DNA from: Octopus bimaculoides
Taxonomy: Eukaryota
Direction of reading: 5' to 3'
Length of the DNA: 38,312 bases
NCBI RefSeq assembly: GCF_001194135.2
Contig: NC_068997.1
Coordinates: 3,703,032 to 3,741,343, forward strand
Both the position numbers and the translations under genes were made by a program. The notes beneath the pieces are model-generated. The model had not been told where the DNA came from and did not search any database. It saw nothing but the letters and a program-made list of their open reading frames with translations. Below, in pieces: positions 9,521-22,291 of the stretch; the stretch's first letter is position 1, and every line of letters begins with the position of its first letter.

Positions 9521-10809
9521 AAATAATGTATAAAATAAAAAAATAAAATAAAAAATAAACTGTTGCTTTTAATTTTAAGGAGGTTGTAGAGACAGAAAGG
9601 GATTTGTGTTCGTAGATTAAAAATATAACTCTGATCCAGGCGATATATCTATATTAGTTTACGGGACTGACCCTAACCCCCTCCTCACTTCCCGCAGGAT
9701 TTCAGCAACTTGATAAACAAAACGTAACGGAAAATAATAAAGTATCTTGATTAATACTCGGAAATTTATTACTTTTAGTACCGACTAATATCACAGGTAT
9801 TAATATAAACTCTTACCCACTTATTGTGGAACTTTGCCTCAATAAAATTAACACATAATTTATTTGCAAAGTAAAATATATTTGTGTGGAATGAATGATA
9901 TCGCTATATTAGTTTATTTTAAATTTGGGTATATTTGAAAATCTAAGGAAACGTCATTCCCATGTGTTCTCACAGTACCAGACTTTTGTGTGTGCGGGTG
10001 TGTGTGTGTGTATCCTTCCATCCACCCTTTCACCCACCATATGCNNNNNNNNNNNNNNNNNNNNNNNNNNNNNNNNNNNNNNNNNNNNNNNNNNNNNNNN
10101 NNNNNNNNNNNNNNNNNNNNNNNNNNNNNNNNNNNNNNNNNNNNNNNNNNNNNNNNNNNNNNNNNNNNNNNNNNNNNNNNNNNNNNNNNNNNNNNNNNNN
10201 NNNNNNNNNNNNNNNNNNNNNNNNNNNNNNNNNNNNNNNNNNNNNNNNNNNNNNNNNNNNNNNNNNNNNNNNNNNNNNNNNNNNNNNNNNNNNNNNNNNN
10301 NNNNNNNNNNNNNNNNNNNNNNNNNNNNNNNNNNNNNNNNNNNNNNNNNNNNNNNNNNNNNNNNNNNNNNNNNNNNNNNNNNNNNNNNNNNNNNNNNNNN
10401 NNNNNNNNNNNNNNNNNNNNNNNNNNNNNNNNNNNNNNNNNNNNNNNNNNNNNNNNNNNNNNNNNNNNNNNNNNNNNNNNNNNNNNNNNNNNNNNNNNNN
10501 NNNNNNNNNNNNNNNNNNNNNNNNNNNNNNNNNNNNNNNNNNNNNNNNNNNNNNNNNNNNNNNNNNNNNNNNNNNNNNNNNNNNNNNNNNNNNNNNNNNN
10601 NNNNNNNNNNNNNNNNNNNNNNNNNNNNNNNNNNNNNNNNNNNNNNNNNNNNNNNNNNNNNNNNNNNNNNNNNNNNNNNNNNNNNNNNNNNNNNNNNNNN
10701 NNNNNNNNNNNNNNNNNNNNNNNNNNNNNNNNNNNNNNNNNNNNNNNNNNNNNNNNNNNNNNNNNNNNNNNNNNNNNNNNNNNNNNNNNNNNNNNNNNNN
10801 NNNNNNNNN

Positions 10810-11066
10810 GTGTGTGTGTGTGTGTGTGTGTGAGTGTGTGTGTGTGTCTATATATGTTTGTGTCTCTGTTTGTCCCCACACCGTCGCTTGACAACTGATG
10901 TTGGTGTGTTTACGTCTCCGTAACTTAGCGGTTCAGCAAAAGAGACCGATAAAATAAGTACTAAACTTACAAAGAATAAGTCATGGGGTCGATTTGCTCG
11001 TCTAAAGGCGGTGCTCCAGCATGGCCACAGTCTAATGACTGAAACAAGTAAAAGAATAAAAGAATA
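10810..11066 (+). mobile_element. SINE family B, 3' half (5' part in gap)
   Basis: (TG)n followed by CGCTTGACAACTGATG...GGCGGTGCTCCAGCATGGCC...GAAACAAGTAAAAGAATAAAAGAA. Confidence 0.9.
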
Positions 11067-12159
11067 ATATTGTGTTTCAACAATTCTCTATACAAAAGTA
11101 AGGAGCCTCATAACTTAACTAGCACGGGGCCTCACTTGTCCTAAATTCGGCACTGCACACATACATACATATATATCCATTCATACACTACAGAAGCACC
11201 AACGTAAATCTGGCAGTACGTAAAATACTACAGCTGGATAGCAATGGACGAAATTTGAAATTTGAACAGAATATAAGCTAACTACAAAGTAAATATCATA
11301 AGATAATTATAATATCGTAAGATAATGATAATAAAACGATAATGGTAATAAGATAAATAAGTATAATATAAAGTATTATATTATACTTATTTATCGTATA
11401 TTTAGTTATTAATTTTTCTATATGTGACTGGATTTTCATGGATAAGTTCATGAACTTTGGTTCTTTTCTCTAAAACTATATATTTATATATTTTATACTT
11501 TGAAATTTAATTTGATTTTAATTTTTAATAAATTTAATTTAATTGACTTTTTACCTGTAAATTTGGATTTCTATCCCTAATATATATATTTATATATATA
11601 TGCATATATATGTGTGTATGTGTGTGTGAGTATGTGTGTGTATGTTTGTGAGTGTGTGTACATGTATTTGTGTGTGACTTTAGGTAGATCTTGCCGCTAT
11701 TATTATCAGGTAAATCAATGACGTAGAATCTCGTTCGCCTACTTGGTATGAATATATTTTCTACTTTTCAAAGAAAATTTGATAAACTAATTCTCATGAC
11801 AGGGCGCCACAATGAACTGCAAACACTCGATTTAAAAAAACAAACAAAAAGAACAAAGTAACCCATTATCTTGATGACATTAATAATTCGACTTCACATG
11901 CTCTTTCCATAGCCTATAAATCTTGGGGAAGTGTTTACAAACTTCATTTATTAAAGAAGGCTGCTGGGAACTGAAAGAAATAACATTGTGTATACATTGA
12001 ATTAATGATAAATGCACCTTACACACGAACAAAAGAGAAAATCATACACACTTACACACATATTGTATAAGAAAAATATTTTGAATAGAAATACGTTGTT
12101 TTTGAAACTAGAATACGTGGGGGTATTAAATGTTGATGCCTATTCTGAGCCTTTAAGGT

Positions 12160-12535
12160 TTATTTATTTTAGTGATTGGACTGCGACAATACAGGGGCAT
12201 CCCCCTGAAGAGTTTAGTATCACAGTACTTATTGTTAAGTCTGGTACTTACCCCATTGATTCTTTTCTGCCAAATCTCTAATCAATGGGGATGTAAACAA
12301 ACCAACACTGGTTGTCAAGTGGTGGTGGATGACTAATAGAAAGATGCACACAGATACACACACGCATACACACTCGCTCACACACACATATCTATTTACT
12401 CATACACGATGGGCTTCTCACTTTCCATCAACTAAATCTGCTGAAAAGGCTTTGGTAGGCCAGAGGCTATAGCAGAAGACATCCAACATGTTAAGAAATG
12501 CGATCGAGTCCAGAACGATGTCATTGGAAAGCAAA
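12160..12535 (-). mobile_element. Degenerate SINE family B
   Basis: GGGGATGTAAACAAACCAACACTGGTTGTCAAG and GGCTTTGGTAGGCCAGAGGCTATAG match family B. Confidence 0.7.
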
Positions 12536-13146
12536 CAAAGCAAATATATCAGATATTTTGAGGGCGCTAAGCTAATCTCAGTAACTCTACAGATACATTT
12601 ATCAAAACCATACTCGCTGTAGTTTCATTCTTTATTTTCTTTTATACATAGTACATCTAGGATACTTTTATCCATTGCGTCTTTTTTGAAAAAATGAAAT
12701 AGGTATGATTATGGCTTGAATGGGATGGAGTTGCTATTTCTAGGCAGTTCAAAAACCACATCGTGTTTCGGTCATCTGCGATTTAATGTTTGTGATGTCC
12801 CAAGGAAGACGCGAACGCTTCTTACTCTCACTTGTCAAGCACTATAGGACTGAAACTTTGATTCAATGTTACACCAGCTTATCCATATGTATAAAACTGA
12901 GAATGTGTGTGTCTGTCTGTGTCTCTGTACGTGTGCATCACTAAATCTCGAGAACTACCCTACCGATTCCATACAAATTTTACACATGCACTATGTAGGG
13001 TCTATGGAGTGTCATGGGCTCAAAAAGCATTCAACTCCTTGCCCAATGCGAATCCAGAGCAATCTCTTACACTGTTTCGGTAGTACGTGTCAAAAGTAAA
13101 ACATTAGCATCTCTATTATCTCACATTCCGTATATAAATGGATGTA

Positions 13147-13191
<45 letters not shown>

Positions 13192-13539
13192 NNNNNNNNN
13201 NNNNNNNNNNNNNNNNNNNNNNNNNNNNNNNNNNNNNNNNNNNNNNNNNNNNNNNNNNNNNNNNNNNNNNNNNNNNNNNNNNNNNNNNNNNNNNNNNNNN
13301 NNNNNNNNNNNNNNNNNNNNNNNNNNNNNNNNNNNNNNNNNNNNNNNNNNNNNNNNNNNNNNNNNNNNNNNNNNNNNNNNNNNNNNNNNNNNNNNNNNNN
13401 NNNNNNNNNNNNNNNNNNNNNNNNNNNNNNNNNNNNNNNNNNNNNNNNNNNNNNNNNNNNNNNNNNNNNNNNNNNNNNNNNNNNNNNNNNNNNNNNNNNN
13501 NNNNNNNNNNNNNNNNNNTATATATATATATATATATGC

Positions 13540-13691
13540 CCGTGGGAATGTGGCGTAGTGGTTAAGAGCGCGAGCTTAACCCCAGGATTCCGAATTCGAT
13601 TCCAGGCAGTGACGTAAATAATAATAATAATAATAATAATAATAACGCACAATATCAAAAAATACCTTAGGAATGAGAACCCAGGTTCGAA
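13540..13691 (+). mobile_element. Family C SINE 5' part: tRNA-like head + (AAT)n + start of hammerhead-bearing tail
   Basis: A-box TGGCGTAGTGG (13551-13561), B-box-like AATTCGATTCC (13593-13603), (AAT)n, then TCAAAAAATACCTTAGGAATGAGAACCCAGGTTCGAA matching 9377-9413. Confidence 0.8.
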
Positions 13692-13734
13692 TGTTTAGTG
13701 CATTAAATAGACTACACTGCAGAATTTGATTCAA

Positions 13735-13830
13735 TTTTCTGTGCCGCGAGTTCAAATCCCGCCAAGTTCAACTTTGCCTTTGGTTCTTTCATGGTCGATA
13801 AGTAAAGTACCAGTCCAAAGTAGTGGATTG
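13735..13830 (+). mobile_element. SINE family A fragment
   Basis: GAGTTCAAATCCCGCCAAGTTCAACTTTGCCTTT...GGTCGATAAGTAAAGTACCAG. Confidence 0.7.
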
Positions 13831-14218
13831 CCAGAATTACTAGAGGCTCAGACAGAATGTTATGTAGCATCTGATTCAGCTCTGAGTCTGAATACAAGAC
13901 CCGCATCCTGAAACCATAAAAAATAAATTGTTTGTCAGAAGTTCATAACCTGACTAGCAGGAAGGAAACGCTCAGATTAAACCTACTTCTAGAAGACTTA
14001 AAACTGGCAAAATGTATTGCCTGCACCATAGAAATCTACACATGGTACGCCTAGTCTTCATATTTATTCAGAATGGGTTAAAGAATGGTAATTCAAAACA
14101 ACTCACTACATATTGTCAAGTGCAGTCTCAGAATAAGGTAGAAGAAAATATATTTGTCTACGATGATGTATTTTATGAATACTAATCACATTTTTAGTGA
14201 AGTAGCATTTTCACTATA

Positions 14219-14417
14219 TACGAAGAGGTGCTGAAAAATTCCTGGCTTTGTCTTAAAGAAAATACAGAAGGATCAGATAATTATGACTTTATTCAACATA
14301 TTCCTCTTTCAGGTTCACACACTTATTGCAGCCGTCCTCAAAACTCGGAAGTTTGCGTCTCCAGCCAGGCTTTTTGTGGTACTCTTAAATCCAGGAACTT
14401 TTCAGTACTCCTACGTA
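14219..14417. mobile_element. Tc1/mariner-type MITE
   Basis: TA-CGAAGAGGTGCTGAAAAATTCCTGG ... CCAGGAACTTTTCAGTACTCCTACG-TA: ~25-bp imperfect TIRs flanked by TA on both sides. Confidence 0.75.
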
Positions 14418-14897
14418 TGTGTCATTTTAGAAATCAAGGAAAGAAAAATCAGAAATCTTTATTGATATTTACTTTTCGATCTTTTTAAATTCCTATTGTC
14501 AAAAGGCGTCTATTTCTTTGATATTAATGTTAAAGAAATACGCGCGCGCGCATACCGACACACACAACATATGCATACACACATGCACATACAACATGCA
14601 CACACATATATACATACACATACAGAATAATACATACATACATACATACATACATACATACATACATACAGGCAATTAAATTTAACAGTCAAAATTTTAA
14701 TATGTATTTACTATTTTCTACACGTTTGGAAATATGAAATGTGAAAGTCATCAAATTTTAAGATGAATCACATTGCAAATGACAACAGTACTTCTCCCTT
14801 TTTCTTTCGTTCCTTCTCTCTCTTTCTTCTCTCTCTTTCTCTCTCTCTCTCCATCTATCTGTCTTTCCCTCATTCTCTTTCTCCTTTCCGCCACTTA

Positions 14898-14927
14898 CAG
14901 ATGAAGAGCCAGAGCTCGAAATATAAA
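14898..14927 (+). ncRNA. Decayed hammerhead-like motif
   Basis: CAGATGA-A-GAGC(CAGA)GCTC-GAAA-TAT. Stem II is intact, the core has U4-to-A, the stem III CG appears decayed to TA, and stem I is not evident. Confidence 0.4.
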
Positions 14928-15442
14928 CTTCTTCGACCATTATCACGAGAATTAAACTCACTAATGTTATTTACTCTATGAGTTATTCTGTCTCAAGTTT
15001 CCTCCAGCTTCAGAGTCCACCATGATCGAGGAACTTTTCGATTCGCTACCGCAATTGCCGAAGGTTTACCGTACAGAATAATGGAATAGTTGATAATCAT
15101 GGCGTTGTTAATAGTTAGTCCCAATTTAACCCGGATCGAATAGATAGCTAATTGATGTATTTCAACTGTGACTATCACATTTTTGAGAATATCTAGAAAT
15201 TTAAACTCATAGATAGCCTTATTTTTGGACACTGATATGTTATATGAGAAAGATTATGATACTATTCTTAACAAGTGCAGCAACCGCGTAAAAGCCAGCG
15301 CGTTAGAATATGAAACAAATGAATAATCGATGTGTGGGAACAGAATAGCATCTCGACTGACCCACACCACTTGGTTACCTGTCTGTCAATAGGTAACCAC
15401 AAATACCAGCACCAGAACTATAACACTGTGAGGGGTTGAGTT

Positions 15443-15716
15443 AGGCGCGGCTGTGTAGTAAGAAGCTTGCTTCCCAAAGACATGTTTCGGGTTCAGTGCC
15501 ACTGCTTGACAACTTGGGCAAGTGCCTTGTGAGTGAATGTGGTGGACGGAAACTGAAAGAAGCCCGTCATGTACACACACACACACACACANNNNNNNNN
15601 NNNNNNNNNNNNNNNNNNNNNNNNNNNNNNNNNNNNNNNNNNNNNNNNNNNNNNNNNNNNNNNNNNNNNNNNNNNNNNNNNNNNNNNNNNNNNNNNNNNN
15701 NNNNNNNNNNNNNNNN

Positions 15717-15749
<33 letters not shown>

Positions 15750-15960
15750 TATGCGTGTCTTCTTGTCTATGTTTGTACCCATTCACCGTTGACAACCGAT
15801 GTTGGTATGCTTGAGTCCCCGTAACTTAGCAGTTCGGCAAGAGAACCGATAAACTAAGTACCAAGATTAAAAATTAAGTACTAGGATCGATTCATTCGAC
15901 TAAAAATCCAAGGTGGTGCCCTAGCATGGCCGCAATTAGATGACTGAAACAAGTAAAAGA
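15443..15960 (+). mobile_element. SINE family B with internal deletion and assembly gap
   Basis: Head GGCTGTGTAGTAAGAAGCTTGCTTCC, CORE-like ACTTGGGCAAG, tail CATGGCCGCAATTAGATGACTGAAACAAGTAAAAGA. Confidence 0.85.
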
Positions 15961-16189
15961 AATGATGTAGGATAGGATTTGATAAAATATAGAATCACAC
16001 GAAGAAAGAGATTTCCTATTCTGATGGAAGCCAAGTCACGTCACAGACACAATCAATGTCCTTCAGAAGATAAACCTCACAAGATCGAACTTTGATCCCA
16101 TGGAACAGACAGCAGAATGAGATATCTCTGAGGGAGAAAATGCTTTAATATTTTTGTTTTTACAAGTTTGTGACTGAGTTAATATTTTG

Positions 16190-16350
16190 ATTTCAAATGT
16201 TAGCATAAGGCCAGCAATTTCAGGGAAGCAGGTAAGCCGATTACGTCGGGCCCAGTGCTCAACAGGTACTTATTTCATCGACTTCGTATAGATGAAAAAC
16301 AAAGTCGATTCCGGCAGTATTTGGACTCAGAACGTAAAGATGGACGTCCA
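16190..16350 (-). mobile_element. SINE family A, 5'-truncated
   Basis: TTTCAAATGTTAGCATAAGGCCAGCAATTT...GGACTCAGAACGTAAAGA. Confidence 0.75.
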
Positions 16351-16351
16351 T

Positions 16352-16538
16352 CACTATCAGAGGTCCGCCGAAATACTGGATAATATTTGATTGTTTGAAG
16401 ATGCTACAATATTTATTTCTTTATTGCCCACAGGTGGGCTAAACATAGAAGGGGACAAACAAAAACAGACAAACTTGTACTTATTTAATCGATCCCGAAA
16501 TTTTGCCCGGCGTGCTAACATTTCTGCCATCTCACCGC
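16352..16538 (-). mobile_element. Inverted partial copy of the SINE A + flank composite at 17158-17430
   Basis: Reverse complement aligns across both the SINE tail and ~60 bp of non-SINE flank of the 17158 copy. Confidence 0.75.
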
Positions 16539-16974
16539 TTTCTCTATCATTACTATTACCATCATTATTATTGCCGATACCATTTCCATTATTATACTAC
16601 TACAATAACTGTAACCAACGCGAATCACCATTGTTATTGTTGTTTTTCGCCGTGTGGATATCTTCTGAAGCCATGATAACAGTGTAGTCGTTATGACCGT
16701 CATTTTATGAGTTGTTACTGATGTCGCTGTCGTTGGGGGTTGATAATGTTAAGCTTACTGACTTAAAAAGCACCATATAGATTCAATAGATGTTGACAGG
16801 GAACCAACAAAGCGGTGTTGCACCCATGCGGTCACCAAAGGTCAAGATATGTGATTAGAGCTGTACGAGTTACTGAAAACGTGAAGACGGAGGAAATGTT
16901 GATAACCATTTCGCCAAAAGGGGCTAAAGATTGTGCCAGCTCGCGACTGGCTGAGTTTTAAAAAATAATCAAAG

Positions 16975-17640
16975 TTAGTTATATTTGCTGAAGTATTACA
17001 ATAAAATAAAGATTACCACAGGCATCTTATATAGTTTATCCCTAATTTTAAAACAGAGACAGCTACAGACCTCTTACATAAACTGTAAATAATTTTTAGA
17101 ATTATTTTTACAAAAAATTAATAATTTTTATTAAGGTAGTAATCTATTCAATATTGTTGGATTAGGGCGGTAAGCTGGCAGAGTCGTTAGTACGCCGGGC
17201 GAAATGCTTACCGTTATTTCGTTTGCTGTTACGTTCTGAGTTCAAATGTCGTCGAAGTCGACTTTGCCTTTCATCTTTTCGGGGTCGATTAAATAAGTAC
17301 CAGTTTGTCTGTCATTCTTTGGCCCCTCTATGTTTAGCCCACCTGTGGGTAATAAAGAAACAAATATTGTAGCATTTTCAAGCAATAAAATATTATCCAG
17401 TATCTCAGCGAACCTGTGATATTGATCTAGACGGTTTACGCGTCTATTTTTCATGTAACAAATAAAAAATCAAGGTGAATGTTTAGCTATTCATATTTTC
17501 AATATACTTTTTTTTCTCTCTCACACCCCTAATGCTCTTGAGAAAGTCAGATATTCCACACAATGACAATTCATAAATTTCTTTATCTGAATTTTAAGAT
17601 ACAATGACAAGAAATATTTTGTTAATAACAGAATAGCAGA
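16975..17640. repeat. Unclassified dispersed repeat X, interrupted by a SINE
   Basis: Colinear with 24190-24600 on both sides of the SINE (for example CTCTCACACCCCTAATG..CTTGAGAAAGTCAGATATTCC). Confidence 0.7.
17158..17362 (+). mobile_element. SINE family A (alternative tail) with 8-bp TSD AATATTGT
   Basis: TSD at 17150-17157 and 17363-17370; empty site at ~24344 in the other copy of repeat X. Confidence 0.85.
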
Positions 17641-17934
17641 AAGTTGTTGAGTTGATTTACAACTCAACACTGGTGTAGCTGTGAGAAGAAGAAAAGGTTA
17701 ATTTGCAACAGCTTGGTTCTGTTTTCGATTTTACTGTACGGCATAAATTTTATACTTTACTATAATATGGGGGCGAAATGGCAGAGTCGTCTGAGCGTCG
17801 TATAGAAAATTTTGTGTACGCCTCTCCTGTGAGTTCAAACCTCACCAACTCAACATTACTTTTCATCACCAGAATCTATACATAAAAAAAGTCAAGTAAT
17901 GGATTCGAATTTTGTCTGCCTGTTTATCTCTCAC

Positions 17935-18016
<82 letters not shown>

Positions 18017-21012
18017 AATCGCCTTCGTGAAAGGGTCCAGAAAGTAGAGGTTACATCATCACAGAAACAAAACATTCGCCTTTCTCCCTGTGGACACAAG
18101 AAAGAAAGAAACCTAGAAACAAACAAAAACACCGAAACTAGGTGTGTATGTGATTATGCTAGAAGTAGCAGAAAAATTTCTCACCAGCTATATTGCTGCC
18201 ATAAAACATGATCGTCACGTTGATACGTGTAGTCTAGAAAAAAGACATAATGGTCAAGGTCGAGTAAACGGTTGAATCATTGGTTACTTTTCAATACTGA
18301 CCTAGCAATCAAGGGCTGAGAACATATCACAATGATTAAAAGAAAAACAGTTTTCATAATCGTTGATATACAATAAAAGAACAAAAGTATAACCGCTACA
18401 ATGAAAAATATTGAAATATAAAGCATTCAATATGTAAAGTGTTAAAAATGTTGTTTTGTTCTTCATAACAAAGCTTTCCACACTGACATTGGAAAGCTGG
18501 TGTTACAAACATTTATCAATTCAAATGAAACAAAAGCTACGCGAGAATCTTATGAGTATATTGTTGCCTATTGAGCTTTCTTTCCACGTAAATACATTTT
18601 GCTAATGTCAATTTTACACGTAGAAAATATTAGAAAAAACAGGTTCATCGTTTTAGCGATACAATAAAAAATTCTGTTGCTATCTTCAGATAAAGTATCT
18701 TTACAGTCTTAGGTAGTCTACAGTCCTTAAATTTTTTACGTGTAAAACATTTGAGTCAACATAAGTGTTGTTGAAAAAAAAATTCAAAAATTAACTAAAA
18801 AACAGCAAAGATGGAGCGAGTCAATAATGGAGGTTCCACATCATGACGGCGCATTCACATTTACACAAACATACATATATGCATGCATGAATACATACAT
18901 ACATACATACATACATACGGAAATGGCGAAATAAATTATTTTGACCAGGAAAACCTAGGTAGTTGTATTTAACAAGATTTGTGGTTTTATCATAACATCT
19001 TTATTCTCTCACCTGATCGAGTGTTTTTCTACATGAAGCTTTACCTCAAAATACATACATACATACATACATACATACATAAATTGTTAGATGAATTTTA
19101 CATCGTGAACTATGCGACAAAATGGTTTGATCATTTCAGCAATACAATGAAGAATTTTGAAAAAAAGTTTGAGATTGAGGACAATAACAACCTTAGGATC
19201 TCAACAGTCCTTTGTTTTGCATATGTAAAACATCGGTTAACAAATGAATAGGTAAAAAAAGAAGAAAAAGCTAGAATGATCTAAATAGCAGGAGAGATGG
19301 GGCGAGCCAATGAAGGAGGCTTTATGTAGCGGTCATACATAGTAGAAATAACAGCTAATCTCCTTTAAGCCACAACCGACTGATAAATTGGACAATGTTG
19401 TCCTAGATACACAAAGAGTTAAGATGGTCTTGGCTGGAATGCCTTTCGTTATAAATCTATGAGGTTAGTACAGTAAACAACAACAACTATATAGATGAAA
19501 TATCTAACGTATCGGCAATCATTATTTGTGTGGTCTGCTAGATATCTGCCACATTCTAACTAGCTCGACTTAGCTGTAAATAGGCAGCAGTGTATATTTA
19601 TGTAACAATTTTTTATTTGATATTTTAACAATTTGTATTTGATATTTATTTGGTAATCATTCACAATAGAATCCAATTAACATTTTTGTTGTTGCTGTAG
19701 TTGTTATTTCTGTTGTTGTTGCTGTTTTTAGCCACAGGTCAACAACGATCAACAAGATCTATGATCAAAGACGTTCCAGCCACCACCATACCATCTTTAT
19801 TTCAGACTCACCAAGCATGCATCATTAGAAAGATCTGACTAAATGTCACATGGTCGAGTAGACACACTCCTAGTGGTTGGCATTCAATGAAGTTTCTACT
19901 AACGATGCTAATAAACTTTAGGATTAAATAAATATCATTCAATCTCGCTCCGATTTCAATTTGTTGTTTTACATAATTCTACAACGTAGCCATAACTGGA
20001 AATTTACCAATGTTATGTGTTTTTGGCATGGTGAGATGTTTCTCTGTCACAATACAGATTCATGAGTTCCTCAGATGTTGATGTTAAGAAAACCTTGGAC
20101 TCAAGGCATTACAACTGTGATAATCCAGTTTTTACATGCCTAATTCATCGAAGTCTATATTTAGTAATATGTCCTTTCCAATTTGAAACACTGGTTCACG
20201 GAAGATTAGACTGCTACTTCTAAGGAAGGTGTTAGTAATGCGTATCAAACTGAAGTAGTCTAGTCGAGAGAATAACTATTTATTATGAAGTAAAGTGTCA
20301 AAGAGTTATTTAAAATTTAATTAGTAAATGACAAGCTAATTATTAATTTGTTCTCATAGCATGTTTAAATTCTTATCTTCCATCTCTTCTGTTGCTTGAC
20401 AAAAAGTTATTACATGTTTATACTTCCTAATAAATATAGTTTTACTTGTGAAAGTAATTCTTTAAATCCCCAAACAACATAATTCTAAGTTTATTTAGGA
20501 CACTTTTTTATGATATCCATTTTGAACCCCACAGATATTTCTCTTCAACCGATCATATTTTCAAATTTGAACATCAACCTACGAGCAGCACCAGCTTTCA
20601 AGAAACTGCATCCTTTACTTCTGACTAAATTATGGTAATAAAGGTTTAAGAACTGAACTGATGTTCATTCTAAACACAAACCGGTTCATTGATCTGATTT
20701 TCACAGCATATAGTAATAATTAATTAAGCGTAAATTAATTGATAATATTCTTAACATAACGTAATATTCATCATTATAATTACTAATTGCAGAAACAAAA
20801 TATCATTTATCATGTCTGTATTTTTTTCATGATGATTATCATTTTGAAGCCGTATTCACAATACAGCAGCTCATCTCTACTAAAGATTAATTCACGCGCT
20901 TCAAGCTAATAGCTTCTTCTGTTTCGTTTTTTAAAGACGCGAATGCACATTACGCGATCTCATTTCAATATGGATTTATGTTTCTACGTTAATAATTAAA
21001 AGAAAATAGATT

Positions 21013-21190
21013 AAGGCGGTGAGCTGGCACGACGGAAAAAATGCCTAGTTCTGAGTTCAAATTCCGCCGAGGTCGACTTGGCCTCTTATACTTTCGGGGT
21101 CGATAAAATAAGTACCATTTGAGCACTAGGGTTGATGTAATCGACTTACCCCCTCCTCAAAATTGCTGGCCTGGTGCCAAAATTTGAAAC
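21013..21190 (+). mobile_element. SINE family A with internal deletions
   Basis: AAGGCGGTGAGCTGGCA...GAGTTCAAATTCCGCCGAGGTCGAC...GTGCCAAAATTTGAAAC. Confidence 0.85.
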
Positions 21191-21249
21191 GACTAATTTA
21201 AAAAATTACATGTATGAGCTGAACGATGAAATAAGATGCTGCAATTTGT

Positions 21250-22190
21250 TAACAACGCCGAGATAAATTTGAAACAATCCTTCTGTGTATGAAACCTATT
21301 GTTTACTTCACAACCATAATGGTTCTATAAGCAGGTCTCCCGTGGAAAAAATTACATCATAGTGTTTGTTGGATTTTCATCCAACTCCTTATTATACTAA
21401 ATTTCCTCCATACTTATCGCCTTCCATTTGACCAACCTCACCACCAATATTATGCATGCCCGGTGCGCTTGCACAATTTACCAATTCGAATCATTAAGTC
21501 TATCCATCCTTACAAAGAGCCTTTTATTATTTCCATAAAATGCACTTCAGAGGTAGTCCACACCTCACAAAGATATCTAATCTTTCTTTTTCTCTTTCTC
21601 TCTTTCTAACTTTCCCGCCTTTCAGTAATTGTATCCTGATCTTTAGAAATATGCTGCAGCGTACCCATTCCGATGAAGATAATCTTTAATGACCCTACCA
21701 ACAACCATCTTATGACACTCCTTCTCAGTACCTTTCAATAACTTTAAAACAATCATCATTAACAATTTTCGCCAACATCTTGAATCTCTCTCCTTTTTCA
21801 AGAACCATCAGTAAGATTTCAGCTTCATTAGACCTATGGAGACCTCTTCTTTTATGCGAGCTCTAATACTAAAGAAATAGGTTACAACTCAGGTTTGTTT
21901 CCAGAGCAGCAAAACTTTCGATCATGTCTGAATCGGGAATTTCTGGATCTATCTTTGAAATTCATGCGTACTTTGTCTCTTGGAACTCTGGTTTCTACCA
22001 GATTACTCTTTTGTGTTGAGTGTTTATGGAACTTCCTATGACTTACACTCTGTCAGTCCTAGAGTGTGCTCGACTTCGGTTTTGTCTCTCATACTCTTCC
22101 TTCTTCCACCGACATGCTTGCCATCACCGCCAACAACAGTGACTCCTACACACTTGATATTGTCCTCGATTCCTCTTTAATCTTCTTTAC
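21250..22190 (-). other. Decayed coding-like stretch, possibly a retroelement pol remnant
   Basis: Purine-rich minus strand with short broken reading frames (for example MVVGRVIKDYLHRNGYAAAYF); no diagnostic motif could be confirmed. Confidence 0.25.
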
Positions 22191-22291
22191 CTAAATTTCA
22201 ACTACATCGAAATTAGACACTCTAAATGGGTCGTTCTTATATTATCTACTACAACAGGAAAACAAACATAATACAAATGTTAAGGAAACAT

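Noticed and set aside
9665-9730. Strong plus-strand branch point and acceptor (CCCTAAC...CCCGCAG/G)
   Set aside because: Only a very short frame follows and no partner exon was identified; it cannot be supported without RNA data.
11100-11156. Possible DNA transposon terminus (...AAATTCGGCACTG)
   Set aside because: No matching opposite end or TSD was found in the window.
13551-13610. Functional tRNA gene
   Set aside because: It has A/B boxes but no convincing acceptor stem, and it runs into a repeat body; better explained as a SINE head.
3983-15824. Long ORFs containing X runs
   Set aside because: They are artefacts of translating through N gaps; only 3983-4140 is real (hAT remnant).
19930-20720. 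Coding-like composition on the minus strand
   Set aside because: Stops occur in all frames every few codons and no motif was recognised.
22040-22180. Minus-strand peptide NIKCVGVTVVGGDGK resembling a Rho GTPase N-terminus
   Set aside because: No P-loop GKT/S follows, and all frames from the nearest acceptor are blocked by stops.
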